A DNA stretch of 64,000 bases. It comes from Octopus sinensis. Taxonomy: Eukaryota. The stretch's first letter is position 1. Each line of letters opens with the position of its first letter. Positions 36,861-48,840 of the stretch are shown piece by piece. The notes beneath the pieces were generated by a model that ran no database searches, had not been told where the DNA came from, and saw only the letters and a program-made list of their open reading frames with translations. The translations under genes and the position numbers were made by a program. Location of the stretch: the NCBI RefSeq assembly GCF_006345805.1, contig NC_043007.1, positions 63,240,001-63,304,000 on the forward strand, in the 5' to 3' direction.

Positions 36861-39387
36861 CTACAAATAAAATGGCAAAAGTATTTCAACATTAAATTTA
36901 ACATATACAGATAAACACACACACATTTTATATGGAAAAGTTTAAAATTACGAAAAAAATCTTGAATGAGTGAAAAAGTTCAAAGCTGGAAAGAATGGTT
37001 TAAAATGTAGGAAAGGAGGTAAAATGTGAAAGACAAAGGTGGGAGCAGTGAAGCAAAAGCTACATGTATAACAATGAAAAATTAATTTTCTGCAACATAT
37101 AAGAAAGAAACCAAATTTTAAAGATAAATATTTTCAATAAATGAAAACTCTTCTTAAAGAATGAGTCACTTGATTTCATCACCCAGGAGTTTCTGTATCC
37201 AAACACCAAGTTTGTTTTTACAAAAAGTTTTCTCTAATAATTGCTTTATGTCAGTTTCTCTGTGTATAGTAGTTAATATGTGTAAGACAGTTTCTCTGTG
37301 TATAGTGCTTAATATGTGTAAGCAAGGTTATCAAAAAGAAATTATTTAGATGAAAGGCAATGCTTTAAAATAATTCTAAAATCGCATTCAGTTTTCCTCA
37401 ACAGAACTGGTATTTTTCCTATAGTAAAAGTTAACAAGTGCAGATAAAGCAGTCAGAGTGTAGAAGAAAATTGCTATGTCGAAATTTTGTAAATATACCA
37501 AAAGGTTCACTTAGAAATAGGATTAAACTAGCCATCTTGTTTATGAAGATGGAAAGATTAGTTTAAAATATTTTAGGTTATGTGCTGATCCTCATTGGAA
37601 CACTTTAAGGAAGTGAGAATGTTAGGTAGGTAGATGTGAGGCAAGGTGAGATATATTTCAGAAATAACTTACTCTCAATGTAGGAGAATCAGGATTTGAT
37701 TCTTTAAGAAATTGTTCTAGTGTGAGAAGTTCGCTGCCTGGAGATTGTCTACCATGAATTGTTGAAGGGGATCGATGATAGTCATCATCTACATCAGCCA
37801 TTTTGCCTTTTGAAAGGAAAGAATGGAGTTAAGCTTAAGAAGTGATACATTTTTATATTTTATATTTCGTTAAGCAAAAGCTTCTTTAAGATGTCTTCTA
37901 TAAAAAAGCAGCCAGCTGGAAAACATTTTACTGCTTCAAAGTCCTTTTGCCATTTGGTAGATAGATATAAAGATTAAACTACTTCAACAGTAGTTACAAA
38001 AAGAGAAAAAAGAAAACTCATTAAAAAAAGTCAAAACAAAAGAAAAATTCTAACATTTCAGTGGATGAAAACTGTATTAAAAAAATAAAATATAAATTTC
38101 TTATATCTATTCATGTTTTACATAAAAAAAAAAACTGAAAGTCATAAATGTTTTAATGAGAAGAATGTTATAATTATGATTAGCGTTATTCAATCATTTA
38201 TAATAATAGAAATATTTTATTTGATAGCCTGGTGATACATAACTAATTTTCAGTTTTACAATTCTGTTATCTTTTACATGGTCTGCAGCCATACAGGGAC
38301 ACTGCCTTGAAAGGCTTAGTTGAACAAATCAACCACAGTACTTATGTTTTTTTAATGTCTGGCACTTATTTTTGGTGTCTTCTGCTGAACCACTAAGTAA
38401 CAAGGACATATGTAAACCAACACTAGTTGTCATGTAGTGAGAAGTACAAACACGTGTGTGTATATAAATATACATACATATACACACATACATGATGGAC
38501 TTCTACACAGTTTCTGTCAACCAAATTCACTCACAAGCTATTGGATGACCTGGGGCTATAGTAGAAGACATTTGCTTAAGGTGCAGCAGAGTGGGACTGA
38601 ACCTGAAACCATGTGGTTGCAAAGCAAGCTTCTTATTTACACAGCCATGCCTGTGTATAACTTATATCACAAATTCATTCGATTTGGACTCAAAAAAGCA
38701 AGATTAATATTTGTTTCAGAAAAATTCCTGTCCAATATCTTTAAAAACATTCTAAATAAGAGCTATTTAATTACAAAATGTTCTCAAAAAAATATAAACT
38801 GCTTCATGCACCCGTTTCATATGTATTAGAGAATGTAGCAGACGATACTTGTACCTATTTAGTAATTCTTTAAGAATAAGAGATTTGTTATAAATAAGAA
38901 ATTTGTTATAAATACAGAATCACATCTTCATCTCCATGATATCGTTACTTAAATTTCTGTGAAGTTATTTTGTCATTCAGATAAGTAATTAAATTACTAT
39001 GGTGTAATATTGGTCTTTTGTCTTTATCATCTACCATCACCATCCAGGGTTGTGTTATCTCAGTAATGTTGAATACAAAGAAGAGAATATAGAAGCCAAA
39101 CCTGTAGGTTTATTTCTTGAACTTCAAAATTCTGTAATGAACTTTTATTTAATATTGCATGAGTTTCATATTCATTGTTATATCTAAAGTTTTAATGTTT
39201 AGGTCTGGTTAGAGTATGGAAGAACTTTTTTCAACTTCATTGTTCATATACAATAAAGCTTAAAGTCGCAGACAGTATTTGAATCAGGAAGCCAATCATG
39301 CTCTTGTTTTGTTTTGACTGCAATGTTATTGCAGAATATTCACATATACTAAATCAACCATTTAGTCTCACAGAAACTAATGAAAAA

Positions 39388-39423
<36 letters not shown>

Positions 39424-42400
39424 GCAAAAACATTATCATTACAGTGCATAACTTGCCAGAGATATTATGCAATGCTTATGATGAGAGAACGTAGGCAGTA
39501 GAGAATAATTGGGTATTACTGTAAGATAATCTTACTGTGAGCTCATAGATATGAGTGGAGGAAGGCCCCACATGGAAGTGATATGGTGGTAGGATAGTAC
39601 AGAGTCACAAAAGCAGAGAAACAAGTAAGGAAAGTGGAGGAAAGGAACTTACCAGGAAGCTAAGCTAGATGTCAGGCACATGTAGCAAGAGAGAAAGTTG
39701 AAGGTAAGGTTTTCCACAATTCTATGTCATGGCAAACAGAAATGAGGTGTATTGGATTGCAAGAAAATCTGGGCAATTAGGATGTCAACAGCAATAGGTG
39801 TGAATGATAGTGGCACACCTACCTTCACATGTTAAGAAGAATGTAGCATGGAAATGGTAATGCAGGTGATTTCTAAATAAGGAGAATGTGTGAGAAAAAG
39901 TGGGTTTACCCAAAGTGGAGCCAGAAGAGGGACCAGCTATTGAGGTTAACTCCTATGTGGTAGATAGGGCTGCTAAGGATATGAAGACAGGAAAAGCAGC
40001 AGGCCTATCAAGGATAGCTGTTGAGATGCTACTAGTTATTCACATAGCCAATCAGGCAGTAAAAGTGTTGCCTCTCAATAACCCACATAGTGTCAGTATC
40101 AGTTGTTATAAAGGCAAAGAAGATGCAATAGATAGAGAGACATGGACCAAGTAACATAAATGATATAAAGAGTTAAAGATAATCATGGAGAGAATTAGCT
40201 TATATGTGATGCCATTTAGGCTTGTGCCAGGACAAGGGATCATTGATGATGTCTTCTTAGTGAGGTAACTACAGTAAAGTTCTTAAGAAAAAAACACAAT
40301 ACCTAGCATTTATCAACCTGTAGAAGGCTTTTGATGGGACACTATTCTCATTGTCTGGTGGGGATATCATGCTCATAACTTGGTAATCAATAAGAAAACA
40401 AAAGGTAGATTTACAATTATGTACTTTTACTTTTTTTTTTGTTAAATTTGACAGTGAATAAACATTAAATGTGTTCTATCTGTTTGTTTTGTTACTAAAA
40501 TTATCCAACAATGACCCAAATGTCCACCTCCAACAATTTTATCATTTTTCAAGAGCAGGTGAATCACGTGCAGATATAATCAGTATAAGATTTTATTCTT
40601 TCTCTACATTTCATTCAAATATTTTCACTGAAAAGTAAGTATAAAACTATTTTACCAGTTAATATAGTATTGGCAAGTTACTCTTACACAATCTAACAGA
40701 ATTTTGTTTTCAATAAAGAAAGCTCTTTAACTGGTGAATAAAGGTGTGTGTACAAATTGAAAATTAATATATATTTCCTATTTTTGCACATTATTTGTGT
40801 TCAAATGCAAGGAATATATAATTGCATTTCTGCCTAACTTTCAGAGTTAATGAAATATTTTTATGCTATATTCCTGTCATGAAATTGTCTACTACTATTT
40901 GCACAATGGCACTTCACAAAATGAACACATAAAAGAGGTTTCATCTGGTTACACTTTACCAGATTTTTTCTTTTGCAATGAGTGCTTTCTACATATATTT
41001 TTCCTACCATTTATTTTTTCAAACTTATGGAAGTCAATGTTTTCTTTATTCTATCCAGTTAATTTTGCTTTTTTTCCCAGTTCTGTGCATTTGAGAAAAG
41101 TAGCCTCCACATAACTGAGATACGTCCAATTAGGTAGTTACTAGTTGGATTTGTCAACCATATCCATATATTTATTATATGAAAAAAATGCACCAACACC
41201 AGACTAATGACTGGTAGACAATAAAATTTGTTGTCTGTCCTTCCATGAGATGCACAGTTCATTTATTTTTTTCAGCTGGAGGATGTACCCTTTTTTATCT
41301 TAGAAGAAAAAACACTCCCAAAACAATCAAAATACAGATGTCTGTGTTGATGGTGAAAGGCTCAGCTATAGACCATGCATCATATCCCAATCCAATTTAA
41401 CTCTCTACATTATGCTTCTTTCCTGTAGCTCACAGTAGCCTATGTTTAATTCACAGACCTCTCATACATTGATACCCTATTTGTTGGTGTGCTTAGCTGG
41501 CATATATTGCTGGAAACATACCCTAATCTTATAACTTCTCATTACTTCACTGAAATTTTTTACTGGTACATACATGATTTTATACTTCTCACATAGCAAG
41601 TCAAGAACTGTGCACACTTTGTACAATGGATCACAATACAGTTCATTCCTGCCAGAAGGCATTAAAAGTATCACTTAATTGTAAATATTGATTTAATTTC
41701 AACCTCCTGGTTTAGGTATAATAATTGATATATAAGGGCCACTAACCTTCTATCTGGGTTTTAGTGGTTCTTCAGTCTTGGAAATTATACAAAACATAAT
41801 ATTTGGGACTGGGGGAGCTCAGATTTCTGCAATGTCTATTGGTTACCAAAATGGATTGGGACTCCTATGAATAGTAATAACTTGTTGAGCATACCAATTT
41901 GTTAATTCTGTTACAGTTTCAAAGAAAGTTTGTGGTGAAAACAAAAATATATAATCTAAAAGGTTGAGTTTTGGGAAGTAGGCTGAGCTGAGGACTAGTA
42001 TATTCAATGAAATTGGGAGTATGTAGTACTGTTGTATTTTTCTGCCATGTTGCCATAATATTTTGAATGTGCCCTGAAGGTCCTTATAATTTTTGCCATC
42101 CAAATACTCTTCCTTGTTGAATGAAAATTCAAAAACAGCTATATCTCAGCCACTTGAAAACTAATTACTGTTATTTTCTTTTTCTTTTTTCTTTTACATT
42201 TTACAAGTGTTCAAGTGTAAATGCTTCAAAGTTAGAATTACTACTTGCTAATTAAAAAAAAAAATCAATCTGCACTTCAAACATTGAAAGAACTGTGTTG
42301 TTGAAAATTTTACAGATTTATATTTGAACTTAGACAGAAATGGCTTTATCTCACATTATCTTGAAACAATGATTTCGATGATGTGATTGCTTTTAAAATG

Positions 42401-44221
42401 ATATCACAAGGTAGGTGTGAGATGCCAGTTTGAACACGAAACAGGTAGGATATTTGGACCAGATATAGCTGGTATATAATGCTAAAGGATTAAGACTAAC
42501 TTTTTATCAAGGAGCATAAAGGTCAATTTAGTAAGACAAATCTTAATTAGCTGAAAAGAAAAGAGAACACTGCTTCCAAATGGAAGCAGCAATGGAAATA
42601 AATAAGAACTGTACTCATTGCAGACAATGGTTACACAAAAGGTGCAATGGGTTATCAGGCAGGATTTCAAACGTAATAGATGTCCATGAATAGTCAGAAG
42701 TATAAACACCTATGAAATAAAGCCTATTAGCTTCTCACGACACTCAGTAAAAGTAGTTGATAGCTTCTGCTACCTAGGTGACCCAATCAGCAGTGGAGGT
42801 GAGTGTTGTGAAAGCATAGTATTCAGAGTAAGGCTGAAGTAGAAAAAGTTCAGGAGGAAATTACCTGTTGGCAACAAAGATTTTCTGCCTACAAATTAAA
42901 GGCAGATTGTATGATGCAAGAGTATGAACTACACTGAGTACTATAAAGTGGTTGAAACACATATCAAAACCAAGACATCTGAGTCAGATATGGCCCTCTG
43001 GCTCTGTTTAACAACTGACCCAAACTGGAGCAACCTGACCAACCAATGCTAGCATGGAAAATGCATGTAAAGCAATCATGATGATAATGATGAATAACAA
43101 AGCCAAATAGTATATTCCATAATGCTACTTAACTGCATTTACAACAAGTTATTTAGTTTATCCATCACAACAGATCTTAGTTATGATATAATCAATTATA
43201 TGCCAATAGTTTATCCAAGAAAATAATAATATTGAATCTGAATGTGTAATGTAAGTGTACATGTTCGATAGAGTGCTAGTGTACTGAGAGAGAAGTTAGG
43301 TACAAGAGAAATTAGATGCAGTGTGCAAGAGAGAAGACTGTGCTGTTTTGGTCATGTGATGCTGACAGCTCCATAAAGAAGTGCCGATCTCTCAAAATGG
43401 ATGGAACTTGTGGAGACCCATGAAGACATGGGATGAAGTACAGAAGGATGATCTCAGGATGCTGAACCTTTCAAGCAAGATGACAAAGGATTGAGATACC
43501 TGGCATCTCGCTGTACTCAAAAAGACCTGACCTCCACAGCAGACGACACACTGTAAAGTGGTTGGCATTAGGAAGGGCATCCAGCCATAGAAACCAAGCT
43601 AAATCAGACTTGAACCTGGTGCAGCTCTCCCGCTTGCCAGATCTGGTCAAACTGTCCAACCTATGTCAGCATGAAAAAAAGACATTAAAGGATGATGGTG
43701 GTGGTGATGATGAAGTACTTTTTTTTAAAAAAATGTTCCTAAAATAGGTGAGGCTCATTTTACCTGGTTTTAGTAGTACTGTCAATAATTGTTATTCCAA
43801 TCAACATTTTGTGTTTAAATTTACACCATTTAAAAGAGTAAAAATATCAAACATACCATTGTGTGTATTTGTGTGTGTGTGTGTGTGCATGCACACACAT
43901 GCACGTGTGTCTTATAAAACTAATGGTACATTGGGCTATATTTCAAAAGTAGAAGAAATGGCAAGAAGGTTTGATGCAGCAGTAGGGGAAGGGAGAAAAG
44001 TTAAAGTCAATAGAGGAACATTGGAATTGACAAGCAATAATTGGAGTAATGTAAAGATGTCAAAAGTTAAATAGTAATGGTTGCTAAAATACATGTAATC
44101 TTATGTCTATTGCTATACAAAAGTAGTGATAAAATTATGTCTGCAGTAATTATTTTCTAAATCCAAAGAAACAGAACTACAGCAGTGAGTTTCAGACAGG
44201 ACTCCCTGTAATGCGTGTGTA

Positions 44222-44304
<83 letters not shown>

Positions 44305-47300
44305 CGTATGTGTGTGTGTTTAAAAATATTTTTGGTATTTCAAGATTTTAAGCATTGGAGGTAATGAAAATTTTGCAAATAAAAAGCATTTCCCAAATTG
44401 TAAATACATGAGATAATGATTCTTAAAAAAAAAAAAAAATCAATAAATAAAAATAAAGTTAGAGTTTAAGATCAGGGATTACAGATTAGTATTTTAGCAT
44501 GAGTTTAGAGTTTCAGATTAGTATTTTGGTTTAGGGTTAACCGGAGAAAGGGATTCAAAACAATCCATTTGCAAATATTTTCTTCTAATCTTTTTTTTTC
44601 TTTATTTTTAAATTGTAATCTGCTGTTTATAACAGGAATCACAAAAAAGTTATGTGGGTTACTTAATCTGATACATTGCCCATTGATTGTCCAGAAACTT
44701 CACTGTAATCTAAGCAAATTATGCTGTAATATTAAGGTCAATTTCCTGTGTCTTCAGCCTGAGTGACATTGGGTATTTCAGCAAGTGTATATGTGTATGT
44801 ATTTACATCAGGAAAAATGAAACTTCATCTCAATCAAGAGAAAACAAACTACCATTTCTGGTAGTTTGTATGGTATTCATATATTTGACAGTCACCATTT
44901 CAGAGTAAGTTATTTACAGATGACTGAAGAGGGATGCCAGTTTATCTACTGCTCAAAAGGCTAGCAGTTTTTATACTTTTAAGTAGCATTGCACTTAACT
45001 CTCAACAACTCATTTGACTCGGCTACAAAATAATATGTTTACAGGTCACTTTTGTGTAACAGACAAATACTTTCTTAGTTTGCTATTTTAAAACTAAACA
45101 ATGCCTTGAAACACAAGAGGCCATTACTCCAGGGTAGTCTATCTGAAATCCCTACATGTAAGTGTAAATCTTCAGTGGTGGTCCAGTGACCCAATATGTT
45201 TTTCAGCTGGAGGATGTCCCCTCATATTAATACATACTAAGTATTTCAAGATAATTAATGATTTCTAGTTTTGTGAATAACAACTGCTATAATTCAAAGT
45301 TCTGTCATGACTATTGATAAAATGTAAGAAGCAATACAATTTAGAATACTATTTTGGAGTATATAGTATTTTTACTTAGTTTTAATTTGCCAGACTTGTA
45401 TCCTTTGGAAGAGTTTTCATTAATAGATTAACATCAGATGTAAGGATTATGCCAAACAAAAAAAAAATCCTGAGATAATGGCCAACATTTAAACAGACAG
45501 ACATAACAACACAAAACAACATTTAGTCATGCATGTTATAACCAGACATAACAGTTATTCTAAAAATCATCACTCATAGTTAGAAATCTTAATATAATAA
45601 ACAAAAGAATTAAATTTTGAAAAATTTCTTTAGATTTATTTTTAATGGAATCATTAGACATTATTAAGCTACTTAATTAGAAGGTTACCATGTTTTCTAA
45701 ACATTCATATATACAAAATTGTAATATCCATTTTTTGCATGAGTTGGACAGGTACATTACAAGATCTTTCTGAGCAGCTCAGTCTCATTATATCTTGTCT
45801 GCATATCTAGTCTTTATAAGAATACACCAATCATGTTTCTCTTATATTAGCTACTAAATCTAGCTTTACATCTTATTTGTACAACTGAGCTCCTTTTGCA
45901 TAGGATTGGTTAATATTTTTTGATGCCTGGTCACTTTCCTATACAAACACACGCTTTATAATCATTTAATTAAAGAGAATACTCAATACATGATGAAGAG
46001 TATATATTTATTAGAAGGCTGCTAATGATTCACTCCATTGCTACTCATTTTCACTTATCAGGCAACATTGAAGTGAAATATGTGTGTGTATTGAGAAAAA
46101 TCAATACAACTAAAATTTTTGGCAAAAATTAATTAAATGAAACGAAATTTTAAAATAGGTCTTTAATTTCTGAAATATCTGACAATGCCCCAAATTCCAA
46201 GTAAAATAAACATTTCTTAAATTTAATATGTAGTTTTATAAGAGTTATAAAGAAGAATAGGAAACTAGTAGTCAACCCCCCCCCCAAAAAAAAAGCATTA
46301 TCATAAACATTTTTCATTTAGAAATTACTATATCCTGATAACCCTTATAGTTTGATGAAGAATGATTGTGAGTCTTAGAAAAAAATGTATTTGAGCTTTG
46401 AGTGGCATTTGGACAATAGTGGAACATTTTTTTCAATAAGAGTTAAAGTGAAGTTATTTCATTACAAGAGAACTTAATACTGCAATGATAAACCCATATC
46501 TCATGTCTTAAAATCTCAGTGTAAAAAATATTAGAGTTATTGTGTTAGCTTTATTTTGTAAATAAATAGGAATCCATTTAATTCTCTACTTTTGAGGGAT
46601 AAGAAATTATTCATTTAGACTAGAAATATATGAAATTTCCAAATTTCTTTTTAAATGGTAAAACTGTTGATGTGAGTCATCAAAGGCAAACTATTTAAAA
46701 ATAAAGTTATAGAATTTTTTGGTATAATATGAATTGCTGACAAAAGTTGAGGATAAAAACAGTTTACTATAGAAATTTTAATGATAGTGTGGTGCACCAC
46801 TAAGTTCATAAAGAAATGAGTTTGTGACCTGATGTGATTACCAAGTAGAACAACTTTCCATTTAATAAGGCAAAGATGTTAAGACTTCCCATTACCTTAT
46901 TGCCTACTCATTTATAAATCTGTGACTATGTAAAGTAACATGTATCAGAGAAAAGTTTGAAAATCTTTAAAACAATGTGGTTGTCATGCAGTAATAAAAT
47001 TTGTTAGAAGGGAAAAATAATGCACACACACATTTGAATGAATAATGAATCAAAATTGGATTAGATAGATAGATAGATCAAAGATAAATCAAAGCAGTGA
47101 ACAGAAGAAAGAACTAAGAAACAAACAAGAGAACACTTGAGAGATTTTAAAAGACACAAATGGGATGCTATAAATATTCTAATACAAATCTAAAACTGAA
47201 CATAAAACAAATGTAAATAAAACAAAATACCTTTTCTAGTAACCAAAAAGAAAACTCCTAAAGAGAAAATATGGAAAAATATAATAAAATAAAAAGGGAA

Positions 47301-48763
47301 CCAAAGAGAAGAGCTAAATTCTAGGTAATATAGCTGAGTCCTACCTCCTAGAGAGTATGTGCCATCTCTACTAGCAGAATCAAAGTTCACAAGGTCTTCA
47401 CTAGATCTGGAACCTGAGAACACAAAATATAAAAAAATTTAAATTACTGAAAACTTTTTGGCAGGCAGTCTCCAAAGCAGAAATTATACCAGTTGAAGAA
47501 ACTAAGGTTGCAAATACAATTACAGAACATATTCACATGCACATACAGTGAGGGAGATATGCTAAAATGGTAGAGTAGAAGGGTAAGATTAATTGATAAT
47601 TTATCATGCATTTACAGTATATTAATCTCATTATGTTAACATCAAGTAAACCATGACAGTTCTAAAAATAATAAACATCTCAATAAATATAAACAAACAA
47701 AACCAAAACAGAAAACAAAAAAGTCAACATTTAATTTCTTATGTAGCAAGACAGTTAAAAAACCTGTTCTGAGGCCACAAATAGTTTAAAAGTTTTATGA
47801 AGAATTTTGTAATTTCATTACAGTCAGCAGCATATTTTAAAAGTGAAACATAATTCATGAAGAAGTTATATAACTATTAATTAGGTGTGGTTGGTAACCA
47901 AATAATTTTAGGAGATGAAGTTGTAAATTGTTAGCAAAGAGAACTTAAATTATTGTCAAGAAACTAAAACAACCTGGAGTAAATTAAATTTATTTCATCA
48001 AAATAAACTATACAAAATAGATGAAGGTTTCAGAAATGTAAAACCCACAGATTTTATCATATTTTGATAACATGTATTTTAATATATCTCCTCAAATTAA
48101 AATGTTGATCATGTGTATATATATATAAATGGAAAATTACTTAGTTACTTAAAAGCTTCTTAATAATGGTAGTAAAATATATAGTTTACTATAACAGGAA
48201 ATACTGAGAATGTTACCTCTAACATTGTTGGAGTCCAGTTTGTAAAGCAACAGAGTTGTTGACATCATAAAGCTTTTGTTTTGCTTGACAAATGAAACCT
48301 CATGAGCTTTTTCATTTGTTTTCTGTACTTTGGCTGGAGGGAAGAGTACTTCAGAATAGACATACTAGGATGTTTATTATATCTAACACTAAATGTGCAA
48401 CTAAAGATTAATGCAACAGAAAGAGGTAAACAATGCTACATTTGAAATTTTGCAGATGAAAGGAAATTAAGTAAATATCAGAAGAAAAATTGCCATAATC
48501 ATTCAACTGATCCAAATATAACTGAAAAGCAATGTAATACTAACAGATGCTACATCTACTTTACTGTTAAGCAGCCAGTGATAAGAAAGGAAACCACTGT
48601 GTAAAGATAGTTGCTTGAACAATATACAAATATCCACATTTATACTACCCCACTAATGCTATTACAAAAGCAATGGATACATACTAGTACCTTGATTTTC
48701 GAACACCTCTGATCACGAATAAATCGTGCTTTGTATGTATGTATGTATGTATGTATGCATGTA

Positions 48764-48840
<77 letters not shown>

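Noticed and set aside
37252-37323. 36-bp tandem duplication in the last Girdin intron
   Set aside because: Ordinary slippage duplication with no splice or coding signal.
41477-41674. Minus ORF with acceptor as an extra Girdin exon
   Set aside because: The Cys/hydrophobic-rich translation is unlike the disordered CCDC88 tail, and it is not needed for frame continuity.
45128-45142. 15-nt phase-1 microexon candidate (ATAGACTACCCTGGA)
   Set aside because: Poor pyrimidine tract, no UGC, and a mediocre donor.
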